Below are positions 19,938-30,439 of a DNA stretch of 64,000 bases, piece by piece. A program made the position numbers and the translations under genes. Location: positions 1 through 64,000 of IMG/VR virus record IMGVR_UViG_3300034283_001962; one strand, written 5' to 3'. Origin of the DNA: a virus. The number at the start of each line of letters is the position of its first letter. The stretch's first letter is position 1. The notes below the pieces were generated by a model. That model was not told the DNA's origin. It worked only from the letters and a program-made list of their open reading frames with translations, and searched no databases.

Positions 19938-21620
19938 TTATGTGTTACATGCACCCGATTCCATTGTAATAGTCATAGTATCAGTAACAGTATAAGTTAC
20001 TGCAGTAAATGTAAATGTATTGGCAACTGTAACGTTAATACATTGTTGCAGTACACCATTTTTATATAGTTTTAAACTACCAGGCACTATTGGAGAACCT
20101 GTAACTGTAACTGACATTGCAGTAGTTGTACCAAGAACTACACCTGTAACAGATTGATTACTACTTATTGGTAAAGAACCATTTGTAATTGAGTATGCTG
20201 ATACGTTTTGAATAGCACTAATTTGAGCACCGCTTAAATTATTTACTACATAAAATATACTACCTCCTGGACCTACTGGAGGATTAGTTATACAATTGTT
20301 AACTAAAGAACAAAATACAGATCTCAAAGCTGTACTATTTGCTATAAAAGATAACTGAGAAGATATAAAAGTTCCCAAATCAAGAACAGGAGTAATTTTT
20401 ACTTTATTTGTAGAAGCATTTAAAGATACGTTTAGAGTAAGACCTGCTGTTATATCAATACCTCCTTCTACTTTATCTATAAGAAATCCTCCAGAAGGAT
20501 CAGATAAATAAGATTTTACTTTTACATCTTCACCATCAGCTGATGTTTTAATAAGAACTTTTCCAGGAACACTTACTAAATCAAAGTTAATACCAGAACC
20601 TGCTTGCACTTTATCAAGAAAGAAACCAGAAACAGCATCACCTGAGTTTAAAGAGAACTTTCTATCTGTAATAGATCCAGCAAAGTTTAGCTGCCATCCT
20701 TGACAAATATCTCCTACATTAAGAGGTGTTAATATAAAATCAGAACTAACTGATACAATAGAACTTTGAGCTACATTAGAAAGTTTTGTAATAACATTCT
20801 GCATTGCATTTTGTAATGTAACTGCGGAAGTTACACAACCCCAAGTAACAGTTGTATTATCAAAAGTAGGTAATGTACACAGTTTATTTTTTATTTTATT
20901 AACTGTATCTACTAAAGTATCTGTAGCTGTAACTGGAGCAGCAAGACAGCTTCCAATATTATTAAATGTAGGCAATATAGCACCACTACCCGTAGCTAAT
21001 GTTTTTACTGAACAGATTTGATCAATAATTAAATCAAAAGCTTGTAAAAGATTAGTAGGAGGAGAACTTACAACAAAACACTGATCCCAATCAACATCTG
21101 CAATATTTAATTTTGTATTAATATTTGAGATTTGTGTACAATACTTATTTAATACAGTATTTAACGAATCTGTATTAAGTACAGAAGCACTAGTACATAC
21201 AATAGCAGGTACTTCAATAGCATCAAATCTTGTATCTACAGTATTCTGATATGTAACAAAGGTAGTTTCTGTAAATGTATTTACTGTTGTTTTAAGTGTA
21301 CAAAACTGTTGAGATATAGATTCAACAAACTGTTGCTCTGTTGTAATAGCTAATGTATCATCTACACAATATTTGTTATACAATGTATAATTTCCTACTA
21401 CTGTACAAAGTTTTTCATCTATTTTTGAAAGAACAGTATTAAGATCATCACATGAATTTACTTGAAGACAGCTAAGATTAGGACCGCTGTAAAATACACA
21501 AGAACTATTAGCTACATTTGAAGGATCACAATCTGTACATCCGCAATTCCCGTTTTGAGAACTAATTTGTGAATAACCAAGAATTGTTATATTATTTTCA
21601 TTACAACTTGAACAAGGCAT
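19938..21620 (-). CDS. Cys-rich tail fibre/structural protein
   Basis: CVFYSGPNL.C.....CDDL..VL.KID..LC repeat-type segments; beta-rich C-terminus. Confidence 0.55.
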   Translation of the reverse strand: MPCSSCNENNITILGYSQISSQNGNCGCTDCDPSNVANSSCVFYSGPNLSCLQVNSCDDLNTVLSKIDEKLCTVVGNYTLYNKYCVDDTLAITTEQQFVESISQQFCTLKTTVNTFTETTFVTYQNTVDTRFDAIEVPAIVCTSASVLNTDSLNTVLNKYCTQISNINTKLNIADVDWDQCFVVSSPPTNLLQAFDLIIDQICSVKTLATGSGAILPTFNNIGSCLAAPVTATDTLVDTVNKIKNKLCTLPTFDNTTVTWGCVTSAVTLQNAMQNVITKLSNVAQSSIVSVSSDFILTPLNVGDICQGWQLNFAGSITDRKFSLNSGDAVSGFFLDKVQAGSGINFDLVSVPGKVLIKTSADGEDVKVKSYLSDPSGGFLIDKVEGGIDITAGLTLNVSLNASTNKVKITPVLDLGTFISSQLSFIANSTALRSVFCSLVNNCITNPPVGPGGSIFYVVNNLSGAQISAIQNVSAYSITNGSLPISSNQSVTGVVLGTTTAMSVTVTGSPIVPGSLKLYKNGVLQQCINVTVANTFTFTAVTYTVTDTMTITMESGACNT

Positions 21621-21631
21621 TATTAATTATT

Positions 21632-22681
21632 TTAAAGATAAACAATCCACACTGCAGCTACAGATGGGTCACGATTTTCATGAGCAAGACCTCCACCAGA
21701 AGTTCCTACAGTAATACCTGTAGTTGCTTTAGCAGCAATATTATCTGTTATAGGAGTAACTAAAGTAGAATTAGCACCTTGACCTTCTTGTAATACTCTT
21801 GTAGAGTTTTCATTACCATAGTTAATACTTCTTGCCCAAAATTTAGCAATAGGGTGACTATGACCTGCATCTAAAACAGGATGAGTATGAGGAGGAATTT
21901 CTGATGAAAGTAAAGTAACAAACGGTGAACCAAATTTATCACCTGTTCCATAATTTACTCCAGCTCCTTGTACAGATGGATTAACAGCTGTATCTAGTGC
22001 TGCTCCAGGAACGTTACGTACAGCTCCTACTGCTTTTCTACCTCTCCAGTCCTGAGTACCATTTAATCCATTCATCATATACCAACCAAGATATTCTCCA
22101 ATACCTCTTCCGCTATTATCAAAATTTGCTAATGGTCCAGTATATAGTACAGGAACATTTTTTGGAAAATTAACTTTAGTAGGATTAGATTGAATAATCT
22201 GAAGTACAAGACTCTGTAAATCAGTTTGCTTAACGTATGTTGTAGGTAAAGTTGATATTGCAATTTGATGTGTACATAATAAATTTACTGCAGCTTGAAG
22301 TATATCTACAGAAGAAGGATTAGAAGGAAGACCTACAAGACATTTAGCATCAAATACTGTAGGAGCTTGAGCTGTAGCATCTATTAAACTTTTAAGAGTG
22401 CATTGACTATTAATAATTACTTGAAGTAACTGATTAAGTGAAGGATTAGTATTAGGTAGTTGACAAGCAATCCACTCACAATTTTCTAATGTAACTTCTG
22501 TCGGTTTAATAGACGTACCATCAAGAGCTGCTAATAGATTTTCTGCTGTTGCAGCTTCTACTTGACTAAGTGTATCACCTGTACAAATTCCTAATGCAGG
22601 AATATCTGGACCTGTATACTCAATACATCTATCTGAACCATATTTATCACCGCAGTTTTTAAAACAATCTGGACAAGCCAT
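21632..22681 (-). CDS. Tail fibre protein with collar-like and His-rich tip motifs
   Basis: GW..MNG.NGT.D.RGR...G and L...EIPPHTH...HSH...GGG.AHEN motifs. Confidence 0.7.
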   Translation of the reverse strand: MACPDCFKNCGDKYGSDRCIEYTGPDIPALGICTGDTLSQVEAATAENLLAALDGTSIKPTEVTLENCEWIACQLPNTNPSLNQLLQVIINSQCTLKSLIDATAQAPTVFDAKCLVGLPSNPSSVDILQAAVNLLCTHQIAISTLPTTYVKQTDLQSLVLQIIQSNPTKVNFPKNVPVLYTGPLANFDNSGRGIGEYLGWYMMNGLNGTQDWRGRKAVGAVRNVPGAALDTAVNPSVQGAGVNYGTGDKFGSPFVTLLSSEIPPHTHPVLDAGHSHPIAKFWARSINYGNENSTRVLQEGQGANSTLVTPITDNIAAKATTGITVGTSGGGLAHENRDPSVAAVWIVYL

Positions 22682-22947
22682 TAGTATAATAGTTTTTTAA
22701 TATGAGAAATAATTTGTTTTCTTGTTGCTATAGATTCAAATGTAGCTGAGTTGTAACTCATTTTTTCTAAAATGGACTTGTAATATATAAGACTCTTTAA
22801 AGTATCTTTGCAAATTTTTTTGTCTGCAAGGTAAACAACTTTAAATAGCATACTTTTAGTTATATCGTAAATCTTTTTATTAATATCATCTTTTAGAGAA
22901 TCTATCTCTGAACAATCTTTACAATTTTTTACAAGAAATGCACCCAT
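22681..22947 (-). CDS. Hypothetical protein (88 aa)
   Basis: ORF track; coupled to neighbours. Confidence 0.5.
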   Translation of the reverse strand: MGAFLVKNCKDCSEIDSLKDDINKKIYDITKSMLFKVVYLADKKICKDTLKSLIYYKSILEKMSYNSATFESIATRKQIISHIKKLLY

Positions 22948-23051
22948 TTAATAAATCTTTTTACACCATTATTAATACAAGCAATACAAAGACCATTTGT
23001 AAGATTACAGGCACATCCAACTTCTTTTGCACAACCTCTACACTTTGCCAT
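22929..23051 (-). CDS. Small Cys-rich protein (40 aa, MAKCRGCAKEVGCACNLTNGLCIAC...), not in ORF track
   Basis: Translated by hand; ATG abuts the upstream stop codon; CxxC, CxC, CxxC. Confidence 0.55.
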   Translation of the reverse strand: MAKCRGCAKEVGCACNLTNGLCIACINNGVKRFIKWVHFL

Positions 23052-23600
23052 TTAACATTCATTTTTAGAGTTAAAATTATCAAGTAATGATTTAGCTAAA
23101 TCATATAGTTGAACAGCCCGATTATAATCACACTCATTTGCAGCTGCTATTGCACCCTGCATAAAAATATAAATATCATCTAGTACTAATTTATCATCTC
23201 TTTTTATACTTTGATCACAATTTTTAATATCAGTAGATAAAAGAGCTTTTTGCCATTTATGCATTAAAGAATCAACTCTAAAAAAACTTTTTTCTACAAA
23301 ATATTTATATGCTGGAGAAATAGTAATCTTTACATTCCATAATCCATCTGAAAGCTCTGGTAACAAAGAGTAATCTTCAACACAAGTAATATTAAGAGTA
23401 TTAGTATTAAATACAGATATATTACTAATTACATGAGTATGTAAAGTAACAGGAAAAGAAGGAGGTGTAATTTCAATAGTAGGACTAACTACAGTAAATC
23501 CATCAGGGATTTTAGATATATCAGCTATAGCTAAAAACTTAGGATCGTGTGAATCAAGAACTAAGAAATCTAATATAGGAATATTTGTAGACAATGACAT
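23052..23600 (-). CDS. Structural protein (182 aa)
   Basis: ORF in the virion operon. Confidence 0.5.
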   Translation of the reverse strand: MSLSTNIPILDFLVLDSHDPKFLAIADISKIPDGFTVVSPTIEITPPSFPVTLHTHVISNISVFNTNTLNITCVEDYSLLPELSDGLWNVKITISPAYKYFVEKSFFRVDSLMHKWQKALLSTDIKNCDQSIKRDDKLVLDDIYIFMQGAIAAANECDYNRAVQLYDLAKSLLDNFNSKNEC

Positions 23601-23605
23601 TTTTA

Positions 23606-24034
23606 TTAAATTTTAGCTAACTGAAAGTGCATTCCATCTTGTCTTTTCCAATTACCACCCCATTCAAATCCAGCATCAGTAAAACACTTAACAAAGCCTT
23701 TGCTCAATTTTGGGTTCATATTTAATTGGTTCTCAAAAGCATTTACATCTATTGCTATACCCCAACTATGTAGTGATTGACTTGATAATCCCCTTTTTTT
23801 TCTTATATTAAAACAACCATCCCATGTTTTAAGTTCACCTACAAACTTGCGGTCTATTAAATTTTTGAATGCAATTGTTAACGGACCCACCATTGCTTTA
23901 TTACAATATATCTTTTTAGGTATTATACCAATCTCTAAATGTCTTGGAACATCCCATACAATCATATAAGTACCTTCATCATGTGTAGTTAATGGATCTC
24001 CCCACTTATTAAAACATTGCTTACTGGTTACCAT
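23606..24034 (-). CDS. M15-family peptidase (endolysin)
   Basis: R..RG....SLHSWGIAIDVN and GFEWGG.W...DGMHFQ motifs. Confidence 0.88.
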   Translation of the reverse strand: MVTSKQCFNKWGDPLTTHDEGTYMIVWDVPRHLEIGIIPKKIYCNKAMVGPLTIAFKNLIDRKFVGELKTWDGCFNIRKKRGLSSQSLHSWGIAIDVNAFENQLNMNPKLSKGFVKCFTDAGFEWGGNWKRQDGMHFQLAKI

Positions 24035-24054
24035 TTTTCTTGATTTAATTATAA

Positions 24055-24101
24055 AAAAAAAAGTCGGAAGGATAAGTTAAGTTAACCTTCCTCCCGACTT
24101 A
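24055..24101 (-). terminator. Intrinsic terminator
   Basis: AAGTCGGGAGGA...TCCTTCCGAC followed by a long T run on the minus strand. Confidence 0.65.
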
Positions 24102-24123
24102 GGGTATTTTTATGTGACTACTA

Positions 24124-25236
24124 TTATGGATTCAATTGTGTTGTACTAGTAGTTGAAGTTGAAGTAGTAGAAGTAGTTGTTGTTGTTGTTCTATCAGCTG
24201 CTGATTTATTAGATACTGCTCCAAGATAAGCAACAAGTACTGTTTCGATTGAAGAACCCGCACCTGTAGGTACAGCAATAATTACAGTAAAGTCATGTTC
24301 TTCTCTCATAGTGTAAGCTCCATCAAATATTTCTTCAGCTTTAATCACATAAGTGTCATAAAATGTTCCATCTACTACTAATGATTCGTAAGCTCCATTG
24401 TAACCTGCCTGACGGAATAAATGTTTATAAGTTGATTGATAACTGAAGAAATTGATTTCTAGTTGTTTGATTTCACTGGAAGTACCACGTAGAAAACTAG
24501 CTCTTTGTTTAACTAATACAGTTGCAACAGTATCGCATTTGTCATCAGTAAAAAAGTCTTGAGTTGTTTCTGTACCAGTGTAAACAAATACACGGAAGTA
24601 AAGTCTGTCATATTCTTGTGGATAAGCAGCAACATCACAAGCATTTGCATATCTATCAAGAGTTTTACCAGTTACTCTAAGAATAGAAGAAGTACCAGAA
24701 CCAATTCTTTGAAAAGTAAGATATTTATTTAAATATACATCTTCTTTAGCTTTAGCTATAATTAAATCTACAGTTGCTTGAGGATCAATATCAGTACAAG
24801 GATTACCACCACAATCGCAACAAGCTGTTTTAACAGTAACTGAACGAGTCATACCATTATAAAAACCAGCATCAATATAATTGGCATGAAGTCTGAAGGT
24901 TACTGATACATCTTCTCCACACTGTACTTTGAAATTAGAAACTTCAGATACTTGAGGAAGAATATCAGATTCAGCTACAACTTTGTACCAATCTTTAATT
25001 TTAAGTTTACCAATTTTATCAGACCTTTTAGTAGTAAGAGGTAATACACCTTCTTTTCTACCTTGTGCAAGGTAAATATAAGGTTCGTTAACTACGTTAC
25101 CAGCTGTAGCAGCCAGATAGTCCGATTTAAATATGCCAAACTGAGCGTTGTTTGCACCCAATAATTCAGTTCCACCTGAAGTAGGGATTGTGTTACCACT
25201 AGGAACAACGAACACTGTTGTTAGAGAGAAATCCAT
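24124..25236 (-). CDS. Conserved crAss-type structural protein (auxiliary capsid-like) with Thr-rich C-terminal tail
   Basis: 370 aa in the capsid operon; C-terminal TTTTTTSTTSTSTTSTT. Confidence 0.5.
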   Translation of the reverse strand: MDFSLTTVFVVPSGNTIPTSGGTELLGANNAQFGIFKSDYLAATAGNVVNEPYIYLAQGRKEGVLPLTTKRSDKIGKLKIKDWYKVVAESDILPQVSEVSNFKVQCGEDVSVTFRLHANYIDAGFYNGMTRSVTVKTACCDCGGNPCTDIDPQATVDLIIAKAKEDVYLNKYLTFQRIGSGTSSILRVTGKTLDRYANACDVAAYPQEYDRLYFRVFVYTGTETTQDFFTDDKCDTVATVLVKQRASFLRGTSSEIKQLEINFFSYQSTYKHLFRQAGYNGAYESLVVDGTFYDTYVIKAEEIFDGAYTMREEHDFTVIIAVPTGAGSSIETVLVAYLGAVSNKSAADRTTTTTTSTTSTSTTSTTQLNP

Positions 25237-25265
25237 TTGTTAGATTTTGTTAATGAAAAATAAAG

Positions 25266-25991
25266 TTATTCAGAATTTTTTATCTTTTCTGCAGCCATTT
25301 GAGCAGCAGGAATATTTTGTGTGTTTATTGCAATTTCCATTTCAGCAATATCTAAAAGTTCATCTTCTAGATATTCTTTTAATTCGCAATCAGAGTTTAT
25401 AGAAGGTGTACCATCAAAGTCTTCGTATCCTTCTAAATCAATTTTTCTAGGATATCTTAGATAAGAGACAAAAAGTTTAGTTGGAGTAAACGTTCCGTCA
25501 GTGTATACTTCAATATCACCTGAAGTTTTAGTTGTAAAAGTATCTTGATATTCAAAAGAAGGTTTGTAATTATTATTTGATAAAAGCGTGTGAACATCTG
25601 CATGTTTCACTAAATCTGAATTAACAGCTATCACTCTATCTTTACAATCTTCTTTATTTGCAAGTAGATAAGAATCTACATAAAACATATAGTCTGGTTT
25701 ACTTATTAAGCTAGCAGACCATTTATTTAGTTTTTTATCTGTTTCCGTAAGAGATAATGGAGTATCTTCAAAAGGAACAACCAGATTTTCTAAGTCCTCA
25801 TATCTTTTTTTGTTACCATCAAATCCAATTCCTAAAGGATTATTAGGATTCATCTTTTTCTTTATTAACTTTAATTGGGCTTCATTTAAAGCTAATATTT
25901 TATTTTCTAATGGTATTCTTTGATGTTGATTAGAAGAAAGTTTATTAAGACGCTGATCTAACTTATATAAAAGTCTTATTGTTGGGATCAT
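25266..25991 (-). CDS. Conserved structural (ring/adaptor-type) protein
   Basis: LNEAQ, PSFEY, Y+RYP motifs; capsid module synteny. Confidence 0.55.
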   Translation of the reverse strand: MIPTIRLLYKLDQRLNKLSSNQHQRIPLENKILALNEAQLKLIKKKMNPNNPLGIGFDGNKKRYEDLENLVVPFEDTPLSLTETDKKLNKWSASLISKPDYMFYVDSYLLANKEDCKDRVIAVNSDLVKHADVHTLLSNNNYKPSFEYQDTFTTKTSGDIEVYTDGTFTPTKLFVSYLRYPRKIDLEGYEDFDGTPSINSDCELKEYLEDELLDIAEMEIAINTQNIPAAQMAAEKIKNSE

Positions 25992-26881
25992 TGTAAGATA
26001 CTTTCTTTAATACCTAGGTCTTGTTCAAGTTGTAACAAATGTTCTTGACCTTTTTTTGACTTTAAAAAATCTATATAATCTTCTTTAGATTTAGCTATCT
26101 CAGCATCACCTTTCATAAGACGACCACCAGAAGCAACTCTAAATATACTATGTTTAATACCTTGTTCAACTAAATCCATCACAGCAATATCTTCATTTTT
26201 CATTTGGGCAAATTGATTAAACTTATTAATGCTATTCATTCCTTTATAAGGACCAAGAACAACAGTACCTTGTTTAATAAATTGGGATAGATCAGTAAAT
26301 ACTTTTTCATATTTAGTAGAATCTGTTACAGGAAATCCAAGCATTCTTGCTACTTTTCTTGACTTTTCTACAGACATACTTCCTAGTATACCTATTGCTT
26401 TATTCTCTTCTAAATCTTTTTTGTATCTTCTATCAACTTCAACTTCTCCATCATTAACATAAAATTCAGTATCCGAAGTAAATACACCTTCTTCAAATTC
26501 TTGAAAAGAAGAAGCAATAGTTGGATGAGCTGATAACCAATAATAAGTTACTGCTAACCAAGGATCTTCTAAGTTAAATATATTATCACCTTCTGTTAGT
26601 TTATAACCATCAGTCTTTGTTTTTGAATTAGACGTAAAGTTATAATAATCAGATTCCGGACTTAAATCAAGCTTTGTTGCTTTCTCTAATCTTTCTCTTT
26701 CTTCAGGTTTATCTTCCAGACCAGTACGATACGCACCATTTGCTAATCTGTATGGAAACTTACGAACTCCTGTTGAAGGAATACGATTCTTATTGTACGT
26801 ATTTGCTAAAGTAGCCTCTACGGTTAAAGTACCTGCTGGATACTTCTTCTTAATTGAAGAAATTTTACCAATTCTGCCCAT
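25988..26881 (-). CDS. Conserved capsid-module protein
   Basis: 297 aa immediately downstream of the major capsid gene. Confidence 0.5.
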   Translation of the reverse strand: MGRIGKISSIKKKYPAGTLTVEATLANTYNKNRIPSTGVRKFPYRLANGAYRTGLEDKPEERERLEKATKLDLSPESDYYNFTSNSKTKTDGYKLTEGDNIFNLEDPWLAVTYYWLSAHPTIASSFQEFEEGVFTSDTEFYVNDGEVEVDRRYKKDLEENKAIGILGSMSVEKSRKVARMLGFPVTDSTKYEKVFTDLSQFIKQGTVVLGPYKGMNSINKFNQFAQMKNEDIAVMDLVEQGIKHSIFRVASGGRLMKGDAEIAKSKEDYIDFLKSKKGQEHLLQLEQDLGIKESILQ

Positions 26882-27037
26882 ATGTAGTTGAATTTAAAAT
26901 TTGGTTTATTGTGAGGAGTTTAGAAATCAAATTCTTACAGTCAAGCTGAACTCCTAGAGGAGGGAGAGAGTTTCTAATAAGGTGGGAATCTGGCTAGAAA
27001 CTCTCTCCGGAAGGATTTATATAAAAAGCAACGATCC

Positions 27038-28576
27038 TTAGAATTGAGGAACTTCCTCAATGATAACTGTTCTTGACAAGTCTTCGATGAACACATCACA
27101 ACGATCTTCCATCCAGATTGTATATCCAGGCTGCTTACTAGCAGAAGACATACCTTTAGATGCTGCGTGACCAAGGTGATGCTGGCGACCATCAATATAT
27201 CCCCAAGTCATAGAAGGAGCACCCTTCAAACGTACTTCACGAACATTATTTTTTGGTGTACCATCTCCTGTTGGAGATACATCAAATACCATAAACAAAG
27301 GAGCTGATTTCTTATTTTGACCAAACTCAAGGTTAGTTTGAGGAAGATCAAGTTCTTTCAAGTGAATCAGATCAATACGACCTGTTTCTCTTGTAGTCAT
27401 GGCGTTGAAACCATAAGAAACCATCATATTTTGTCCAGAACCTTCGATAAACCTTTGATCAGCAATTACTGTCAAACCAGAGTTTAGAAGGTCTTCTTTA
27501 TTAGCTTGATTGAACAAGTCAAAACCAGCTTCGTTAGTGTAGATTTTAACTCTACGATCTTTAATATCTACTCTTCTATAGAACAAGTCTCCAAAGACAG
27601 TCCTTAAAAGGTTAGTTGTGAATTCACCTCTGTTATACTGTACAAGATTACCATTATCTCTCATCTTGTGATAGATACCTTTAGAAGAACGTTTAACCTC
27701 TTGCTTAGAACCACGAGTTTTAGCAGTACCCTCAACACCCCAAATCATTTTGTTAACCTTCATATCAAGCATCTTCTTTCTCATCAGAGTCTCGATATAT
27801 GGCTCCCAACGTGTTCCTACTACTTCAGATTTACCTATTTCGTTTCTTTGCATTTTAGCAAATACCATTAGATCAAGACCATCACGAATAACTCTTTCGT
27901 CAGCCCATTTTGTGATACTATGCTCAACACCAAATCCACCTGAAAGTGAATCAAATAAAGTTAATTTCTCACCAAGACGAGGAAGACCAGAAAGATCTTG
28001 ATCAAATTCTCCAATAATATTGTACAAAAATTGTAGTTCTGTACCAGGTTGGATAAATTTAGGATGAATAAAATCTGTCTGAGAATTCTCAGCAAGGATA
28101 GTAAAAGTATAAAGGAAACCTGCATTATAAGGAACAGGATCTTTAATTACAAAAAGAGCATTTTTATTATAGCGTCTTTCTGGAGTAATAACATCGTTCA
28201 TTACATACTCAGCAGTATCAAGAACTAGTTGGAACTCTTGACCATCAATACCTGGTTTTGCAAGTTGTGCAGTAGCATCAGGGATTTCAATGATCTTTGG
28301 AAACTTATAAGGAATAGTAATATCCCATTTCCAGTAATCAGTCTGTCCGTCAATATAATACGGAGTAGACTTATTAATCATCTCCATAAAATCATTGGCA
28401 TACAATGAAGTTTGAGTGTACAGAGAAATGATTTTTTTGTCATATTCTGCAGGAGATTCTTGGTGAAGTGATTCTAAGTGATTAGTATCAGTCAATTTTC
28501 CTATTGCTCTTTTGTCCATTGAAGACACTCTAGCGTAGGTATACCCATTAAATCCTGGTACTTGTTGAAAAGCCAT
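27038..28576 (-). CDS. Major capsid protein (crAss-like)
   Basis: 512 aa; LTD.NHL N-terminal motif; high-expression codon usage; portal-scaffold-capsid order. Confidence 0.8.
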   Translation of the reverse strand: MAFQQVPGFNGYTYARVSSMDKRAIGKLTDTNHLESLHQESPAEYDKKIISLYTQTSLYANDFMEMINKSTPYYIDGQTDYWKWDITIPYKFPKIIEIPDATAQLAKPGIDGQEFQLVLDTAEYVMNDVITPERRYNKNALFVIKDPVPYNAGFLYTFTILAENSQTDFIHPKFIQPGTELQFLYNIIGEFDQDLSGLPRLGEKLTLFDSLSGGFGVEHSITKWADERVIRDGLDLMVFAKMQRNEIGKSEVVGTRWEPYIETLMRKKMLDMKVNKMIWGVEGTAKTRGSKQEVKRSSKGIYHKMRDNGNLVQYNRGEFTTNLLRTVFGDLFYRRVDIKDRRVKIYTNEAGFDLFNQANKEDLLNSGLTVIADQRFIEGSGQNMMVSYGFNAMTTRETGRIDLIHLKELDLPQTNLEFGQNKKSAPLFMVFDVSPTGDGTPKNNVREVRLKGAPSMTWGYIDGRQHHLGHAASKGMSSASKQPGYTIWMEDRCDVFIEDLSRTVIIEEVPQF

Positions 28577-28607
28577 CTTATTTTAAATTTTGAAGTTAAA
28601 GTCGTTA

Positions 28608-29900
28608 TTAATCAAAAAATGATTTTGGTTTAGCCTTTACGACAGCGGTTTGTTTTTTAGATTTATGACGTACTACTTCTTGAAATGCTTCACTACTCTC
28701 GTTTGATATTGCTCTCTTTTTAATAGAAGAAAGCGTAGGATCAGTTTTTACTAGTTGCATTAGCATAGCTAATTTAACTTTAAGTTGATGATTTTCTGGA
28801 CGTTTAAATTCTAGAATATCTTTATCAAACTCAGTAAGTAACTCACCTGTTGGAAGTTTGTATTTCTTTGTAGTTAGGAAATCCATAGTTTTTTCAGCAA
28901 ATTGCTTATTAACTGGAATTCCGTCAAAATCTTTACTTTGGTACTTTTCACGAATAACATTATAAACGTTATTCTCGTACTGTTGGTCGATTTCGTCCTG
29001 TCTTTTTAGTTCGGCTTCTTTTGTTTCTGCTAGTTTGGCAAGGGACGCTTCTTCTTTTTTAACTAGACTTTTATGGAATCTTTTAGATACTGGTTCTAAA
29101 TCACCGTAGTTTTTTAATCTAGTGATTTCTTTTTCAATATCATCTTCTTCCAAATCTTGTTGTTGAAGAGCTTTTCTAACTACTGTTTCCTGATTTCTTT
29201 CTTCTTCTAAGTCTAATTCTTTGAAGTTTGAGATTTCAGTAGACTTTGTAAAATATTGTTCTGGACGTACACCTTTAAGAAAAATGGCATCGAATGCATT
29301 TCTGTAATCTTCTCCATGTTTACTTAAAAAGTTATCTACAACATTTTGAGCTTGTATCTTTAATTCAGTTACGAATTTTTCTTTGAATTCTTCTGGAGTT
29401 TTAGCAACAAATGGGAGTTCGTTACCTTCTTCATCTTCATCAATAGTAAAGATACCTAGTTTAGTTAAGTCTTTCGAAAGAGAAGACCATATAGGTTCAT
29501 CAGTTTCATCTTCATTAGTTTTTTCAGTAGTAGATGTAGATGCTTCTAAAGCTTTATCTTCATCTTCTTCTTCTTCTTCAATTCCACTTAAAGATTTTCT
29601 TAGAATCTCAGAATAGTTATCATCTGTAACTTCTTCCTCATCTTCTTCTAATGTAGGTTTTTGCTTTTCTACAGGAGATTTAGGTTGAGGTTTCGGTTTA
29701 CGAGAAGAAGGTTTAGGAGTGTCATTAACAAATGAATCTTCTGATTGTATATCTGCATCAAATACAGAAGATACATCATCAGGATTTGCTGTTATACCTG
29801 GTTCTGGAGCATATAATGCTTCAAGAATTTCGGCTGCACCTGTATCTAAAGTTTCTTCTATTCCAAAACCTAATGAAATAGATTCTCTTTCGTTTGCCAT
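28608..29900 (-). CDS. Acidic putative scaffolding protein
   Basis: Very acidic N-half, coiled-coil C-half, directly upstream of the capsid gene. Confidence 0.55.
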   Translation of the reverse strand: MANERESISLGFGIEETLDTGAAEILEALYAPEPGITANPDDVSSVFDADIQSEDSFVNDTPKPSSRKPKPQPKSPVEKQKPTLEEDEEEVTDDNYSEILRKSLSGIEEEEEDEDKALEASTSTTEKTNEDETDEPIWSSLSKDLTKLGIFTIDEDEEGNELPFVAKTPEEFKEKFVTELKIQAQNVVDNFLSKHGEDYRNAFDAIFLKGVRPEQYFTKSTEISNFKELDLEEERNQETVVRKALQQQDLEEDDIEKEITRLKNYGDLEPVSKRFHKSLVKKEEASLAKLAETKEAELKRQDEIDQQYENNVYNVIREKYQSKDFDGIPVNKQFAEKTMDFLTTKKYKLPTGELLTEFDKDILEFKRPENHQLKVKLAMLMQLVKTDPTLSSIKKRAISNESSEAFQEVVRHKSKKQTAVVKAKPKSFFD

Positions 29901-30030
29901 AATGTAGTTATTTTAGAACTTGGTTTACTAGCGAATGTGAATGTAAAATTATGGTAAAATATAATACTATCAAAAAAAAATATTAAGAAAATACATGATT
30001 TTAAGCTTAATATAGCATTAAGTATTTTTG

Positions 30031-30438
30031 TTATTCTACAAGTAGCTTTAAATTTACTTTAAACTTATTTTTTATTAACTTTAGTATATCTTCAAATATA
30101 GAAGTTGAGGTATACGCAAAGAATTCATCAGAATCCATTGTATGAGGTTGACCAATATAATCAAATATATGTGTAGCTATATGAATACTTTCATGATGAA
30201 TGTCAGCAACTGTACTATCAAAATTTAGCAACATAAACATTTTTCCGTTAATAGGAGTAATAGTAAGAGCTGCACAATTTTCTAAATTAATTGTAGTAAA
30301 AATTTCGTTTGTTTCAGGATAAACATTTCCTAAAATCTTATCCATTTCAGTAATAGTAAGTGTTTTACTATACCAAACTTCAAGTTTCATCCGGAGATGA
30401 TTATATTCAAAACAATGTCTCCTGATTTTACGTGTCAT
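30031..30438 (-). CDS. Small zincin-like (HExxH) protein
   Basis: HHESIH...E..AY motif. Confidence 0.55.
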   Translation of the reverse strand: MTRKIRRHCFEYNHLRMKLEVWYSKTLTITEMDKILGNVYPETNEIFTTINLENCAALTITPINGKMFMLLNFDSTVADIHHESIHIATHIFDYIGQPHTMDSDEFFAYTSTSIFEDILKLIKNKFKVNLKLLVE

Positions 30439-30439
30439 T

